From contig CATNEN010000005.1 in the NCBI GenBank assembly GCA_950097015.1, forward strand, positions 930,001-994,000: a DNA stretch of 64,000 nucleotides, read 5' to 3'. Each line of letters begins with the position of its first letter. Position 1 is the first letter of the stretch. The stretch is from Macrostomum hystrix (taxonomy: Eukaryota > Animalia > Platyhelminthes). The translations under genes were made by a program, and so were the position numbers. Below are positions 24,557 to 38,260 of the stretch, in pieces. The notes below the pieces were generated by a model. The model worked only from the letters and a program-made list of their open reading frames with translations, was not told where the DNA came from and did no database searches.

Positions 24557-26625
24557 GTGACTGTGACCGTGACTGTGACTGTGACCGTGACTGTGACTGT
24601 GACCGTGACTGTGACCGTGACTGTGACTGTGACTGTGACCGTGACTGTGACTGTGACCGTGACTGTGACCGTGACTGTGACTGTGACTGTGACCGTGACT
24701 GTGACTGTGACTGTGACCGTGACTGTGACTGTGACCGTGACCGTGACTGTGACTGTGACTGTGACTGTGACTGTGACTGTGACTGTGACCGTGACTGTGA
24801 CTGTGACTGTGACCGTGACTGTGACTGTGACCGTGACTGTGACTGTGACCGTGACTGTGACTGTGACTGTGACCGTGACTGTGACTGTGACTGTGACTGT
24901 GACCGTGACTGTGACTGTGACCGTGACTGTGACTGTGACTGTGACTGTGACCGTGACTGTGACTGTGACTGTGACTGTGACTGTGACCGTGACTGTGACT
25001 GTGACTGTGACCGTGACTGTGACTGTGACTGTGACTGTGACTGTGACTGTGACTGTGACCGTGACTGTGACTGTGACTGTGACTGTGACTGTGACTGTGA
25101 CCGTGACCGTGACTGTGACTGTGACTGTGACTGTGACTGTGACTGTGACTGTGACTGTGACTGTGACTGTGACCGTGACCGTGACTGTGACTGTGACTGT
25201 GACTGTGACCGTGACTGTGACCGTGACTGTGACTATGACCGTGACTGTGACTGTGACCGTGACTGTGACTATGACCGTGACTGTGACTGTGACCGTGACT
25301 GTGACCGTGACTGTGACTGTGACCGTGACCGTGACTGTGACCGTGACCGTGACTGTGACTGTGACTGTGACTGTGACTGTGACTGTGACTGTGACTGTGA
25401 CTGTGACCGTGACCGTGACTGTGACTGTGACTGTGACTGTGACCGTGACTGTGACCGTGACTGTGACTATGACCGTGACTGTGACTGTGACCGTGACTGT
25501 GACCGTGACTGTGACTGTGACCGTGACCGTGACTGTGACCGTGACTGTGACTGTGACCGTGACTGTGACTGTGACCGTGACCGTGACTGTGACTGTGACT
25601 GTGACTGTGACTGTGACTGTGACTGTGACCGTGACTGTGACTGTGACTGTGACTGTGACTGTGACTGTGACCGTGACCGTGACTGTGACTGTGACTGTGA
25701 CTGTGACTATGACTGTGACTGTGACTGTGACTGTGACTGTGACCGTGACCGTGACTGTGACTGTGACTGTGACTGTGACCGTGACTGTGACCGTGACTGT
25801 GACTATGACCGTGACTGTGACTGTGACCGTGACTGTGACCGTGACTGTGACTGTGACTGTGACTGTGACTGTGACTGTGACCGTGACCGTGACTGTGACT
25901 GTGACTGTGACTGTGACCGTGACTGTGACCGTGACTGTGACTATGACCGTGACTGTGACTGTGACCGTGACTGTGACTATGACCGTGACTGTGACTGTGA
26001 CCGTGACTGTGACCGTGACTGTGACTGTGACCGTGACCGTGACTGTGACCGTGACCGTGACTGTGACTGTGACTGTGACTGTGACTGTGACTGTGACTGT
26101 GACTGTGACTGTGACCGTGACCGTGACTGTGACTGTGACTGTGACTGTGACCGTGACTGTGACCGTGACTGTGACTATGACCGTGACTGTGACTGTGACC
26201 GTGACTGTGACCGTGACTGTGACTGTGACCGTGACCGTGACTGTGACCGTGACTGTGACTGTGACCGTGACTGTGACTGTGACCGTGACCGTGACTGTGA
26301 CTGTGACTGTGACTGTGACTGTGACTGTGACTGTGACCGTGACTGTGACTGTGACTGTGACTGTGACTGTGACTGTGACCGTGACCGTGACTGTGACTGT
26401 GACTGTGACTGTGACTATGACTGTGACTGTGACTGTGACTGTGACTGTGACCGTGACCGTGACTGTGACTGTGACTGTGACTGTGACCGTGACTGTGACC
26501 GTGACTGTGACTATGACCGTGACTGTGACTGTGACCGTGACTGTGACCGTGACTGTGACTGTGACCGTGACCGTGACTGTGACCGTGACTGTGACTGTGA
26601 CCGTGACTGTGACTGTGACTGTGAC
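24557..26625. repeat. Hexamer microsatellite (GTGACT/GTGACC)n, ~345 units, intronic
   Basis: Direct inspection. Confidence 0.97.
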
Positions 26626-26834
26626 CGAAGATTGTGACTGTGATTGAGAAGATTGTGACTGTGATTGAGAAAATTTTTGTGACTGTGATTGAGAAGATTG
26701 TGACTATGATTGAGAAGATTGTGACTGTGATTGAGAAGATTGTGACTGTGATTGAGAAGATTGTGACTGTGATTGAGAAGATTGTGACTGTGATTGAGAA
26801 GATTGTGACTGTGATTGAGAAGATTGTGACTGTG
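26626..26834. repeat. 21-bp minisatellite (GATTGTGACTGTGATTGAGAA), ~10 units
   Basis: Period 21, abutting the hexamer array and containing its core. Confidence 0.92.
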
Positions 26835-27296
26835 AAGGTCACTCAGAACGAGATTAAAGACAAACAGATTGACAATGATACGCATTGTTATGAAATAAAA
26901 CAGCCAGAAACCACCTACAGTATATAACACAGCTAAATTAACGAAACCAAATTTTACTGTTCATAATGAAGGGGTAGGCATTTTTTAAATAAAAAAACAA
27001 TCTACAATGGCTTGGTAAATGAAAAGTAAATAAAATTTGCATAACAGGCTTGGTTTTTTCGCTAAATAGTGGCAAAATAGTTTGGCATTTAACTGCACAA
27101 AAAGGCTGACGAATTTATTTTACATCAATAGCTGGGAATCTTAAGTGCACCTGAATTATACTAAAATTACTCTGTTCAAAGTATGCCTGAAACACACCTG
27201 ATACACACCTGAAACATACACGAATTACACCTGAAACATTCCTGAATTACACCTGAAGCACACCCGAAGCATCATAATCTCGTATAAAACTCTCAC

Positions 27297-27476
27297 CTTT
27301 CTTTGGCGTGACCATCACCAACTTGGCAGGACTGCCCGCCTCCAGCTGCATTAGCTGCTGCTGCTGCTGCTGCTGCTGTTGATGCTGATGCTGATGCTGA
27401 TGCTGATGCTGATGCTGATGCTGATGCAGATGCAGTTGCTCATCAGCTAAAAATGCTCTGCTAGATTCTTCTTCGT
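27297..27476 (-). CDS. Probable upstream exon of the DEG/ENaC gene encoding a His/Gln-repeat N-terminal segment
   Basis: 180-bp open exon, TTTCAG| ... AAG|GTGAGA, phase 1 at both ends, joining in frame to 23561: [55 protein letters not shown]. The initiating exon was not found. Confidence 0.6.
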
Positions 27477-27565
27477 CTGAAAATTGAAAAAAATTGTAAA
27501 AGACAGTGCTCAGTTAGGTATAGTAAATCTAAACCTTGTGACCTGTCAACCTACCCCATTCTTCA

Positions 27566-28058
27566 CTCCAGTCTCCACCCCAGTCTCCACCCCAGTCTCC
27601 ACCCCAGTCTCCACCCCAATCTCCACCCCAATCTCCACCCCAGTCTCCACCCCAGTCTCCACCCCAGTCTCCACCCCAGTCTCCACCCCAGTGTCTACCC
27701 CAGTCTCCACCCCAGTCTCCACCCCAGTCTCCACCCCAGTGTCTACCCCAGTCTCCACCCCAATCTCCACCCCAGTCTCCACCCCAGTCTCCACCCCAGT
27801 CTCCACCCCAGTCTCCACCCCAGTCTCCACCCCAGTCTCCACCCCAGTGTCTACCCCAGTCTCCACCCCAATCTCCACCCCAGTCTCCACCCCAGTCTCC
27901 ACCCCAGTCTCCACCCCAGTCTCCACCCCAGTCTCCACCCCAGTCTCCACCCCAGTCTCCACCCCAGTCTCCACCCCAGTCTCCACCTCAGTGTCTACCC
28001 CAGTCTCCACCCCAGTCTCCACCCCAGTCTCCACCCCGTCTCCACCCCAGTCTCCACC
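27566..28058. repeat. 12-bp minisatellite (CCAGTCTCCACC), ~41 units
   Basis: Period 12. Confidence 0.95.
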
Positions 28059-28636
28059 CTCTAATAGAAGACCACTCCGTGACCCCAGCGTCCGGTAAAT
28101 CCACTTCCCAACGAGTTGTTGAGTTGTGCTCAACTAACTTATCTCGGTTTTGTCAATAACCGCACGCATATAGAATATACTTTTTGATCGCTAATCTCTA
28201 TGCCTCATTCGTCCCACCCTATGTCCTGCGTGTTTCATGTTTGCTAAAGTGTCGAATTTCAAAACTCAGGCAATGGACCTATCCGTATTATAATAGCAAC
28301 TGTACAGTATAGCTGGATCTGAGCTCGGATTCGCATACCGGAAAATTTGATCAGGAACTCTGTTGTGTCTAAACTGGGTTTCCAACTGGAAGTTTCTAGC
28401 CCAGATGGATGGTATGGATGCTGTTTTATTATTTTATCAGGCAGTCAAATTCCAGAACCAAACGCATTGTGGATGATGCAATTATCATTGCATAATCAAG
28501 CATGACGTCTGGCAAAAAAAATTGAGCTTTAGTTGCTATGCATAAACCGATGCAGATTTGACTTTTCATTTGCACGTGAGAAAGTCTGGCCTTGGAATAA
28601 GAGGGGAAATTTGGAAAAAATGAGAGACACATAAGG

Positions 28637-29945
28637 GTGAGAGTCAGAAGGGTCAGAGTCAGAAGGGTCAGAGTCAGAAGGGAGAGACTCAGAAGGGAGA
28701 GAGTCAGAAGGGAAAGAGTCAGAAGGAAGAGAGTCAGAAGGGTGAGAGTCAGAAGGGAGAGAGTCAGAAAGGTGAGAGTCAGAAGGGAGAGAGTCAGAAG
28801 GGAGAGAGTCAGAAGGGTGAGAGACAGAAGGGAGAGAGTCAGAAGGAAGAGAGTCAGAAGGGTGAGAGTCAGAAGGGAGAGAGTCAGAAAGGTGAGAGTC
28901 AGAAGGGAGAGAGTCAGAAGGGTGAGAGTCAGAAGGGTCAGAGTCAGAAGGGAGAGAGTCAGAAGGGAGAGAGTCAGAAGGGAGAGAGTCAGAAGGGAGA
29001 GAGTCAGAAGGGAGAGAGTCAGAAGGGAGAGAGTCAGAAGGGAGAGAGTCAGAAGGGAGAGAGTCAGAAGGGAGAGAGTCAGAAGGGAGAGAGTCAGAAG
29101 GGAGAGAGTCAGAAGGGAGAGAGTCAGAAGGGAGAGAGTCAGAAGGGAAAGAGTCAGAAGGGTGAGAGTCAGAAGGGAGAGAGTCAGAAAGGTGAGAGTC
29201 AGAAGGGAGAGAGTCAGAAGGGAGAGAGTCAGAAGGGTGAGAGACAGAAGGGAGAGAGTCAGAAGGGAGAGAGTCAGAAGGGAGAGAGTCAGAAGGGAGA
29301 GAGTCAGAAGGGTGAGAGTCAGAAGGGAGAGAGTCAGAAGGGAGAGAGTCAGAAGGGAGAGAGTCAGAAGGGAAAGAGTCAGAAGGAAGAGAGTCAGAAG
29401 GGTGAGAGTCAGAAGGGAGAGAGACAGAAGGGAGAGAGTCAGAAGGGAGAGAGTCAGAAGGGAGAGAGTCAGAAGGGAGAGAGTCAGAAGGGTGAGAGTC
29501 AGAAGGGAGAGAGTCAGAAGGGAGAGAGTCAGAAGGGAGAGAGTCAGAAGGGTGAGAGTCAGAAGGGAGAGAGTCAGAAGGGAGAGAGTCAGAAGGGAGA
29601 GAGTCAGAAGGGTGAGAGTCAGAAGGGAGAGAGTCAGAAGGGAGAGAGTCAGAAGGGAAAGAGTCAGAAGGAAGAGAGTCAGAAGGGTGAGAGTCAGAAG
29701 GGAGAGAGTCAGAAGGGAGAGAGTCAGAAGGGAGAGAGTCAGAAGGGAGAGAGTCAGAAGGGTGAGAGTCAGAAGGGAGAGAGTCAGAAGGGTGAGAGTC
29801 AGAAGGGAGAGAGTCAGAAGGGAGAGAGTCAGAAGGGTGAGAGTCAGAAGGGTGAGAGTCAGAAGGGAGAGAGTCAGAAGGGAGAGAGTCAGAAGGGAGA
29901 GAGTCAGAAGGGAGAGAGTCAGAAGGGAGAGAGTCAGAAGGAGTG
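28637..29945. repeat. 15-bp minisatellite (GAGTCAGAAGGGAGA), ~87 units
   Basis: Period 15. Confidence 0.97.
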
Positions 29946-30553
29946 AGTCAGGAGTATGAGAGTCAATCAGAAATCAGGGTGAAGACTTGCTATTTAGAAA
30001 AAAATCGAGCAATAAAAGAGAAAAAACTTTTTGAAAGTTCAAACTCGACCTCTGAGTTAACTAGAAGTAGATTCCTCTGTAAATTTATCTAACATTTTTA
30101 ACAGAGCTCAAGCCACATGCAGAACTGATTATAAATAAATATTTAACTCCCGTGACGGAGTTTCGGTAACGAGGTTCGGAAACACTTACTCATAAGTTTT
30201 CCTCGGCGAGGTTGTTCAGCTTTAAAGATTGCAGATTGCAGCTAAACTGTACACGACTTATGGAATAATATAGTAGCTAGCCAATAAGTACTTCTTAGCC
30301 TATGTCCTGGGGACTAAAGGTTTGTGAACTATCTGCGCGAAGCTTTCTCTTTGTTTTAGACTTTGCGAGGCAAAATTTGTCAATATGTTTGGACTATATA
30401 TATAATCAGGCCGCCGCAGCCAATGACCGACCTTCAGTGCTGCAACCAACTGCAAAATTTTAGCAGGACACACCTGATTGGCCAGCTCTTAGAGTGCAGA
30501 ATTCTCTCTTGAATAGTAAACCTCGAAACTGACACAAAAAAGTCAATTGGCAA

Positions 30554-31030
30554 GAGTCAGTTGGTGAGAGAGTCAGTTGGTGAGAGAGTCAGGTGGTGAG
30601 AGAGTCAGGTGGTGAGAGAGTCAGGTGGTGAGAGAGTCAGGTGGTGAGAGAGTCAGTTGGTGAGAGAGTCAGTTGGTGAGAGAGTCAGGTGGTGAGAGAG
30701 TCAGGTGGTGAGAGAGTCAGGTGGTGAGAGAGTCAGTTGGTGAGAGAGTCAGGTGGTGAGAGAGTCAGTTGGTGAGAGAGTCAGGTGGTGAGAGAGTCAG
30801 GTGGTGAGAGAGTCAGGTGGTGAGAGAGTCAGGTGGCGAGAGAGTCAGGTGGGGAGAGAGTCAGGTGGTGAGAGATTCAGTTGGTGAGAGAGTCAGGTGG
30901 TGAGAAGCCAGAAGAGGAGAGAATCAGGTGGGAGTGAGTCAGGTTAGAGTCAGGCGAGAGAGATTCAGTTAAGAGAGTGTCAGGTGAGAGAGTCCGGTTG
31001 GAGAGAGTCAGTTGAGAGAGTCAGGTGAAA
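30554..31030. repeat. 16-bp minisatellite (GGTGAGAGAGTCAGGT)
   Basis: Period 16, decaying after ~30900; shares the GAGAGTCAG core with the 15-mer array. Confidence 0.9.
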
Positions 31031-31645
31031 AATTCAGGTAAGAGAGTGACGTAACGGTAAATTTATGAAAATATTACTTTAATCAAATTACTTTAGTTAT
31101 TTAGATAAACTAGCAGTAACAATGTTAGATCTTTCCCCTAAATTTCCTAATAAAACTTGCTCCAAACATCACATTCCATTGCTGAGCAGTACAATAAAAT
31201 GCAAAAACTTTCCCACTCAACAGACACTGCCTTCCTTTGGTGCAACTGTTGCCAAGTTCCACTTTCACCGACTTGCCCCGAAACATGTTCTTAAAGGCAC
31301 TCGCTGAGTGGGATTTCAAGGCGGCGGTGCGTGACGACAGGCGATGCCGCGGAGTAGAAATTTGGGACTGAGTATAAATAGCCGGACTTTTTAAGACCTG
31401 CTCAAGAACGACTCAGAAGAGGATTTTTTCAAGCCTCAAGCCTGCCGATTCGGCAAGGGAAGCTGGGATAAGTCTACTTATATTGTTGTTGCCATGCAAC
31501 TTTCCGATCTCAAAGAGTTCTTCAACAAGAGCCACATTTCGCGCGTTTACAGGTTGATCAGAACTTTTAATTCTGGGAGAACAACTAAGTAAAGTATCGA
31601 AAAAATTGTTTAGTCTTAAGGATTCGGGGGTAGAAGAAAAAGGGC

Positions 31646-32698
31646 TGGGGAATGTTTGTGCCTGAAGGACTGGGGAATGTTTATGCCTGAAGGACTGGGA
31701 ATGTTTATACCTGAAGGACTGGGGATGTTTAGACCTGAAGGACTGGGGAATGTTTATGCCTGAAGGACTGGGAATGTATATGCCTGAAGGACTGGGGGAT
31801 GTTTATGCCTGAAGGACTGGGGATGTTTATGCCTGAAGGACTGGGAATGTTTATGCCTGAAGGACTGGGGGATGTTTATGCCTGAAGGACTGGGGATGTT
31901 TATGCCTGAAGGACTGGGAATGTTTATGCCTGAAGGACTGGGAATGTTTATGCCTGAAGGACTGGGAATGTATATGCCTGAAGGACTGGGGGATGTTTAT
32001 GCCTGAAGGACTGGGGATGTTTAGACCTGAAGGACTGGGGGATGTTTATGCCTGAAGGACTGGGAATGTTTAGACCTGAAGGACTGGGGGATGTTTATGC
32101 CTGAAGGACTGGGGAATGTTTATGCCTGAAGGACTGGGGGAATGTTTATGCCTGTAGGACTGGGGGATGTTTATGCCTGAAGGACTGGGGATGTTTAGAC
32201 CTGAAGGACTGGGGGATGTTTATGCCTGAAGGACTGGGAATGTTTATGCCTGAAGGACTGGGAATGTTTATGCCTGAAGGACTGGGAATGTTTATGCCTG
32301 AAGGACTGGGGGATGTTTATGCCTGAAGGACTGGGAATGTTTATGCCTGAAGGACTGGGAATGTATATGCCTGAAGGACTGGGGATGTTTAGACCTGAAG
32401 GACTGGGGGGATGTTTATGCCTGAAGGACTGGGAATGTTTAGACCTGAAGGACTGGGGGATGTTTATGCCTGAAGGACTGAGGGATGTTTATGCCTGAAG
32501 GACTGGGGATGTTTATGCCTGAAGTACTGGGGATGTTTAGACCTGAAGGACTGGGGAATGTTTATGCCTGAAGGACTGGGGGAATGTTTATGCCTGTAGG
32601 ACTGGGGGATGTTTAGACCTGAAGGACTGGGGGATGCTTAGGCCTGAAGGACTGGGGGATGTTTATACCTGAAGGACTGAGGGATGTTAAGACCTGAA
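31646..32698. repeat. 24-27-bp minisatellite (GGGAATGTTTATGCCTGAAGGACT with variable G-run)
   Basis: Direct inspection. Confidence 0.95.
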
Positions 32699-33254
32699 AA
32701 ATATGAATGAATCAGATATAATGTGGATCAGTTTATCAACCCACCCTAAATTTCCTTAAATATATAGTTAAAGCCTAGCGCCCATAAGACTAAAAGCTAA
32801 TTGTCTATGTTCGTCAGAGCTATGCCATTACGGAGAATATTTTCTATACTACTTATAAAAGCAGTACCTTGACCAAGCCAAGATTTTGTAATATTAGTGT
32901 CTAAAATGCCTAAAAATAAACCCACTAAATTTTTTTCTGGCTGATTCTGTTGACTTACTGCAACAAGAAAACCGTAGAAAAATTACTTTTTTTGAAAGCT
33001 ATTAAAAAAGTCACACCCACTTAAATAATTTCCAATTAAACCCAGAAGCGCTTGTGTGGGTCTCACACGTCATCCGATAGTTTCAACTCGCTTCCCAGTG
33101 TTATACGATGTTATACTCAATACAGGTATGGAGAAAGGTAAATTGCTCATTGCATTTTTCATTTGAGTTGACAGACAACGCATTATACGAATTCTAGAAA
33201 TATAAAAAACATTCTGGGAACTCAATGGACACTATGGGATACTAGAATTGCGCT

Positions 33255-33780
33255 AAATTTTAGGAATATACGCTCGATTCTTGGAATATATGCTGAATTC
33301 TAGGAATATATGCTGAATTCTAGGAATAGGCCCTATATGCTGAATTCTTGGAATATATGCTGAATTCTAGGAATATATGCTGAATTCTAGGAATACATGC
33401 TGAATTCTAGGAATATATGTTGAATTCTAAGAATATACGCTGAATTCTAGGAATATATACTGAGTTCTAGGAATATACGCAGAATTCTTGGAATATTTAG
33501 TTCTAGGAATTCTAGGAATACTGAGTTCTAGGAATATACGCAAAATTCTAAGAATATACGCTGAATTCAAAGAATATTTTGTTCTATTAATTCTAGGAAT
33601 ACTGAGTTCTAGGAATATGCGCTGAATTCTAGGAATATGCGCTGAATTCTAGGAATGTACGCTGAATTCTAGGAATATGCGCTAAATTCTTGGGATATAT
33701 GCTGAATTCTAGGAATATGCGCTGAATTCTAGGAATATATGATGAGTTCTAGGACTATATGTAAAATTCTAGGAATTCTC
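33255..33780. repeat. Degenerate 20-bp minisatellite (TGAATTCTAGGAATATATGC)
   Basis: Period 20 in the core. Confidence 0.85.
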
Positions 33781-35570
33781 TAGCAACTTTTTGGTCTTAA
33801 AATAATTCAGCTGTCCTCGAAACCTTTGGTGCGTTCGTTGCACTGTTCTCTACTCAAAGTAGTAGCATTGAGCGATGTTCTGCCAGTCTTCCTAGTCTAT
33901 TATGCTGTTGCAACATGACATGAGGCAGGAGCTGAAACAGAGAGAGATAGAGAGCAGAGGGGTGGCTAGCGGAAATTGTTGCAGTCGCTGTTCCTTTTTC
34001 GCTTTCCGACACCCAGCGAAAATTTCCAGTTAAAGCCTTTCCTTCACTACTTCTTTCAGTAGTCCAAATTGGGCAAATCTTTATTTTGTCTTAATTTGTA
34101 CATTCTGTGAAATTAACATCCTACTATTGCTATACGCTTCCGAAGCTATACTAAACTGATCTACATCGTCAATAAATAAAGTGGATGATTAACAGACTGT
34201 TAATTTCGCAATCATGAAATAAAGCAGTATTGATAGGCTGCAGAGGGCTGTGAATGAAATGAAACGAGGTAAAAACGTTCAAAATTTCCATTCTCGGCTT
34301 CGCCTCGGCCAAGAAACGCGTCCTCAGCCGTTCCTAGGCCAAAGAAACGAAATCAGGGGGGTATTATTCTTTAATCCTAAAGCTTGGCCCGGCTCACGAG
34401 ATTGCACTACTAAAACAGTTTACAGCAACTGTGACCATAGACTATATGTTTAATCGGCCTAGGCCGTTAAATGACTGGCCTAGGCCAGTTAAATAAAAGA
34501 AATACATAGAATTAATAGCCAACAGGCCGGGCCAAGCTGGGGGATTAAACGCGTTTCCCGGCCCGCCCGCTGTGCATATCTATGGAATTCGACCATAGAC
34601 AACAGCACAGGGCGGGCTGCTGTTAGTTTCAACCTCGTTTCAACACGCGTAGGTTTACTACGAGAAAAGAACTGCCAGATATGACTTCGGTATGGCTGTC
34701 TCAGTATTCGAAAAACAAATTAAGCAAAGGGCGTTGATGGTTGCATGGACAACTGGATGTAGACATGGATGGTAGAATACTCTTCTGGTTTATTGAGGCT
34801 GTCTATACCATAGAGTTAACGAAACGAAACTCGTTTAAACGGCCAATAATACGTGGAAAAATGGTCATAGACAACGCGCGCGACCATAGCGCACGCACGA
34901 CCAATTGAGTTCAGCTTAGTTTAGATAAAGTTTTCCTAAACCTCACATTTACTTGAAAAAAAAATGAATTTTGCCTTCCTTTGAAGCTGCATACCACACA
35001 TTTTCAGCCCCATCCAGTTCTAACAAGCGCTTGGTACGTGTGGCTAATTGGACTCAGGATTTCTATATATGGAAAGACGCCAAAACACTCGGTAATTAGC
35101 AGCTGGCGTTCCCATTGAATTAAATATGCTACCACAGGTTTCCTTTCAACAAAAGAGAACGTCGAGATAGAATTTTTGAATGAGTCGACGTGCAGAAACT
35201 GCCAACTTTAGTCCCCCTCGCTGCTTAGGAAGGCTTATTTAATGCCGCTGTGACAACAGTGCGCTGCACTATTAGCTTTAGCTTTCTCAACGAAACTGGT
35301 TAAGCGCATGCTTCAATGCTTGGACATTAATTTGGCTCAACAAACGGATTGTTGGACTTTTGTTGAACGTTTCTTGAAGCTGCTTATTTATTCGGGTGGT
35401 TTCAGAACCTTCTGGTAGCCTACTTGCGTCAATTGTTGCGTCAATTACCATTCACAGCTCGTTTGAAACGATAAATGTAGAAAATCATTAGAAAATCACT
35501 ACTCAAATGTAAAACTCATTTTCTTGTTATCTTCGATTCCACATCATATTGTAGCTGCATTTTAGAGAGG

Positions 35571-35850
35571 CTGTAGCCTTGTCAGAGCGTTAGGGCGCGG
35601 ACTCGTGACTTGAAGGTCGAGGGTTCGATTCCTGACTCCACTAGAACTATTTGTGTCCTTTAACAAGACACTTAACTCTGCATTGCTTCAGTTCACCCAA
35701 CAGTAAAATGGGTGCCAGGCTTAGCTGGGATAATTGAAGGTAGGTGTGGCGGCCCCCCAGTCCATGGACTGAACAGCTGTACGCAGCCTTCAGATGCTGA
35801 GCTGTCGGCTGCACATTTGGCCCTATTGTGGCAGGTCTAATCAGTTATCA
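35571..35850 (+). mobile_element. tRNA-derived SINE, family B
   Basis: GACTCGTGACTTGAAGGTCGAGGGTTCGATTCCTG head; body is the reverse complement of 4545-4832. Confidence 0.75.
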
Positions 35851-36567
35851 ATTATTATTATTATTTTAGTGACAAATGTATTAGAGACATCTCAAAGAAA
35901 CATATGGTCCCGAACTTAAAAACTTACACCCGAGGATCAAAAGCACTACTTGATGTTGCAAAGACAGCTGGGGGAACAATAACACTTCTAGTCATTATAT
36001 TAATTACTATTCAGAGACGTAATGACTATGCATTCTATTAGCGCCCGAGACTGCATTTTACATTATAAGAAGTTTTCAGACACCATCTCTTATTAGATAT
36101 GTTTAATAAATGCTTTTTTATGGGGTAAACGCTAGACCATAACAGTCCATTTTTGGGGCCAATTAGTTAAATGGGAGAATACGAATTCGCTTATTGTCGA
36201 ATACTAAGTTTAATAACAATATAATTCGCACAATGAGGTATGTTTTGCTTATCCGTTAAACTTCTATTTATGCTTCCTGAAGGGGATCAACTTGTTCAGA
36301 ATATCCCAAAGATCACAGACGCAGAAAACTACAATAGAAAGGCGATTATATACACAGCAATAAAACAGCAGCAGAGTAGGTCAGTGTCGAAACAATTATA
36401 TGCAGCACTAAACTGCTGGTAGTTACAAACTAAGTAACTTCGCACATCTGACGCTCTCAGAAAGAAACCCCGAAAGCTTAACAGTTCCAAACTGCTTTTC
36501 CACAATCAAGGGACAAACAATCGAATCAAATGAAAAGCAACACTCAAGACGGCCAGAAATTCGCTTC

Positions 36568-37491
36568 TCAGCAGATTTGAAGCAAGAGAGCCACTTCAGT
36601 GCTGCTCAGAGCCCTCTGAGACACTCCGAAGCATTTCATGAAGCCCTGGAACACTCGGTTGTACATGGCAGAGTACGGGATTGCTCCGATCTGCACCATG
36701 TTGCCAAAGTTCGCACAGGATGTCACGGCGACTGAAGAGCCACTGCTGGCCAGAGTTCCGTTCACGTAGATCCAGAAGGCCGGTGTGTTTCTGCTGTACA
36801 CTGCAGCGATGTGAGTCCAACCACTGGCCGTGTCAGTGGGTCCTGGCACTGTGAGCTGGGACCATGGAGATTCAATTATGAACTGAATATCAGTGCTAGC
36901 AGGATACAGCCAGAGTCGTGTGAAATGTCCATCTGGCATCGTCAGGCCTTCGAAAAGAGGCATGGCGCCTCGAGATTGGTTCGACACCTGCACCCACACA
37001 GAGAACGTGAAGCTCGTGAGACACTCTGAAGCCAGCTGGTCGATGTTGAATCGCTCATTCACATCGAACTGACCAGTGAAGTTGACCGCACTGTCCGTGT
37101 ACTGCATGGCCATGTTCTCCTGCAGGTCGAGATGGCCGCTGTTCGAGGCCACATTGCGGCTGCGAGTGGCGTTGCTCATGGGCCAGAAGGCGACGAGGCT
37201 GAGCTGACGCAGGACGCTCCACACCTCGCAGTCGGTGTCGTTCGAGAGTCGCACAGTTTGCACGCTGTCCGACACGTTGCAGACGCCTGTGCGGTAGCTC
37301 CAGCCGATACAGAGACGGAGCTGAGAGCACAGGAAGGCGCACGAGCGAGCACTTGAGGCCGTCAACAGGTGTTGGGGCGTTTGAGCGACCACGCAGCCAC
37401 CGACTGACATTTCGTGCTTTTGACACACACACTGGCTAAGGGCTAACACTAGTAGAATAGAAAGATACTCAATCAATAGATGGAAATTCAT
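36568..37491 (-). CDS. Secreted PAN/apple + LamG (ConA-like) domain protein, copy 1 (307 aa, intronless)
   Basis: Signal peptide MNFHLLIEYLSILLVLALSQC; PAN-like SCAFLCSQLRLCIGWSYRTGVC; LamG motifs FTFSVWV, WTHIAAVY, IYVNG, FQGFM..RALSSTEV. Start set at ATG 37491. Confidence 0.82.
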   Translation of the reverse strand: MNFHLLIEYLSILLVLALSQCVCQKHEMSVGGCVVAQTPQHLLTASSARSCAFLCSQLRLCIGWSYRTGVCNVSDSVQTVRLSNDTDCEVWSVLRQLSLVAFWPMSNATRSRNVASNSGHLDLQENMAMQYTDSAVNFTGQFDVNERFNIDQLASECLTSFTFSVWVQVSNQSRGAMPLFEGLTMPDGHFTRLWLYPASTDIQFIIESPWSQLTVPGPTDTASGWTHIAAVYSRNTPAFWIYVNGTLASSGSSVAVTSCANFGNMVQIGAIPYSAMYNRVFQGFMKCFGVSQRALSSTEVALLLQIC

Positions 37492-38059
37492 TTTGCTCAA
37501 TGCTAGCTGTTTCTCAGAAGCAGTTTTTTGATTGCAGTTGCCTCCTGTTTGCATATTGGTGAGAACTTTATTGAACTGCATGGGCAGTACTGGTCCATAC
37601 ACCTCCGACTACAAAGTAGACCAACCAGGAAAACTGATTGAGTTCATTTTGAGAAGAGAGCTTGTATTCATGCTGCTAGAGTGTTCCTTGGCAACGCGAA
37701 GGCTTCTGATACTAAATATTTCATGGCCATCTTGCGTGTGCCAATTATTTTTGACTTGTCTCAACGAAATCATACTTGCCTGTCCGTTTGGCTGAGAAAG
37801 ATAGTTTGAGAAAGATTTTAAAATAAAAACAATGAATTAAATAGACACTAATATATTAATTTATATGTGCTTTCCGTGTGAAAGAAGCTACACATAGCTA
37901 AACACTGAAGTTTTGACACCGCGTTCTCAAAACGGAGTTTCGAGCTAAAGTTGCGTCAACCGGGTAGCGATGAACACTGAAGACGACTAAATTAACCATG
38001 CCATGTGAACACATGTGAAATCAGTGGGATCTCCTGGCCTCAACACCGTGTGTAACCCA

Positions 38060-38260
38060 GTAGTAGGAGGATATAGCTTTGTCGTAAGAGCGGAGAAATC
38101 ATGACCTGAAAGTGGGTGTTTGATTTGTTAAAGTTTGTGCCTTTTAGCAAGATACTTAAACCTGTATTTCTTCCCCTAGTCCATGGACTGAACAGCCGTA
38201 CTCAGCCTTCAGATGCTGCGGCTGTGCAGTCGGCTGCACATCTGGCCCAATCAGGGTCTG
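38060..38260 (+). mobile_element. SINE family B, degraded copy
   Basis: TCCATGGACTGAACAGCCGTAC..CAGCCTTCAGATGCTG..GTCGGCTGCACAT shared with 35760-35825. Confidence 0.55.

Noticed and set aside
24314-29959. 842-aa His/Ser, 702-aa (VT)n, (PVST)n, (GVET)n and (RRERV)n ORFs
   Set aside because: Micro/minisatellite artefacts lying within or upstream of DEG/ENaC introns.
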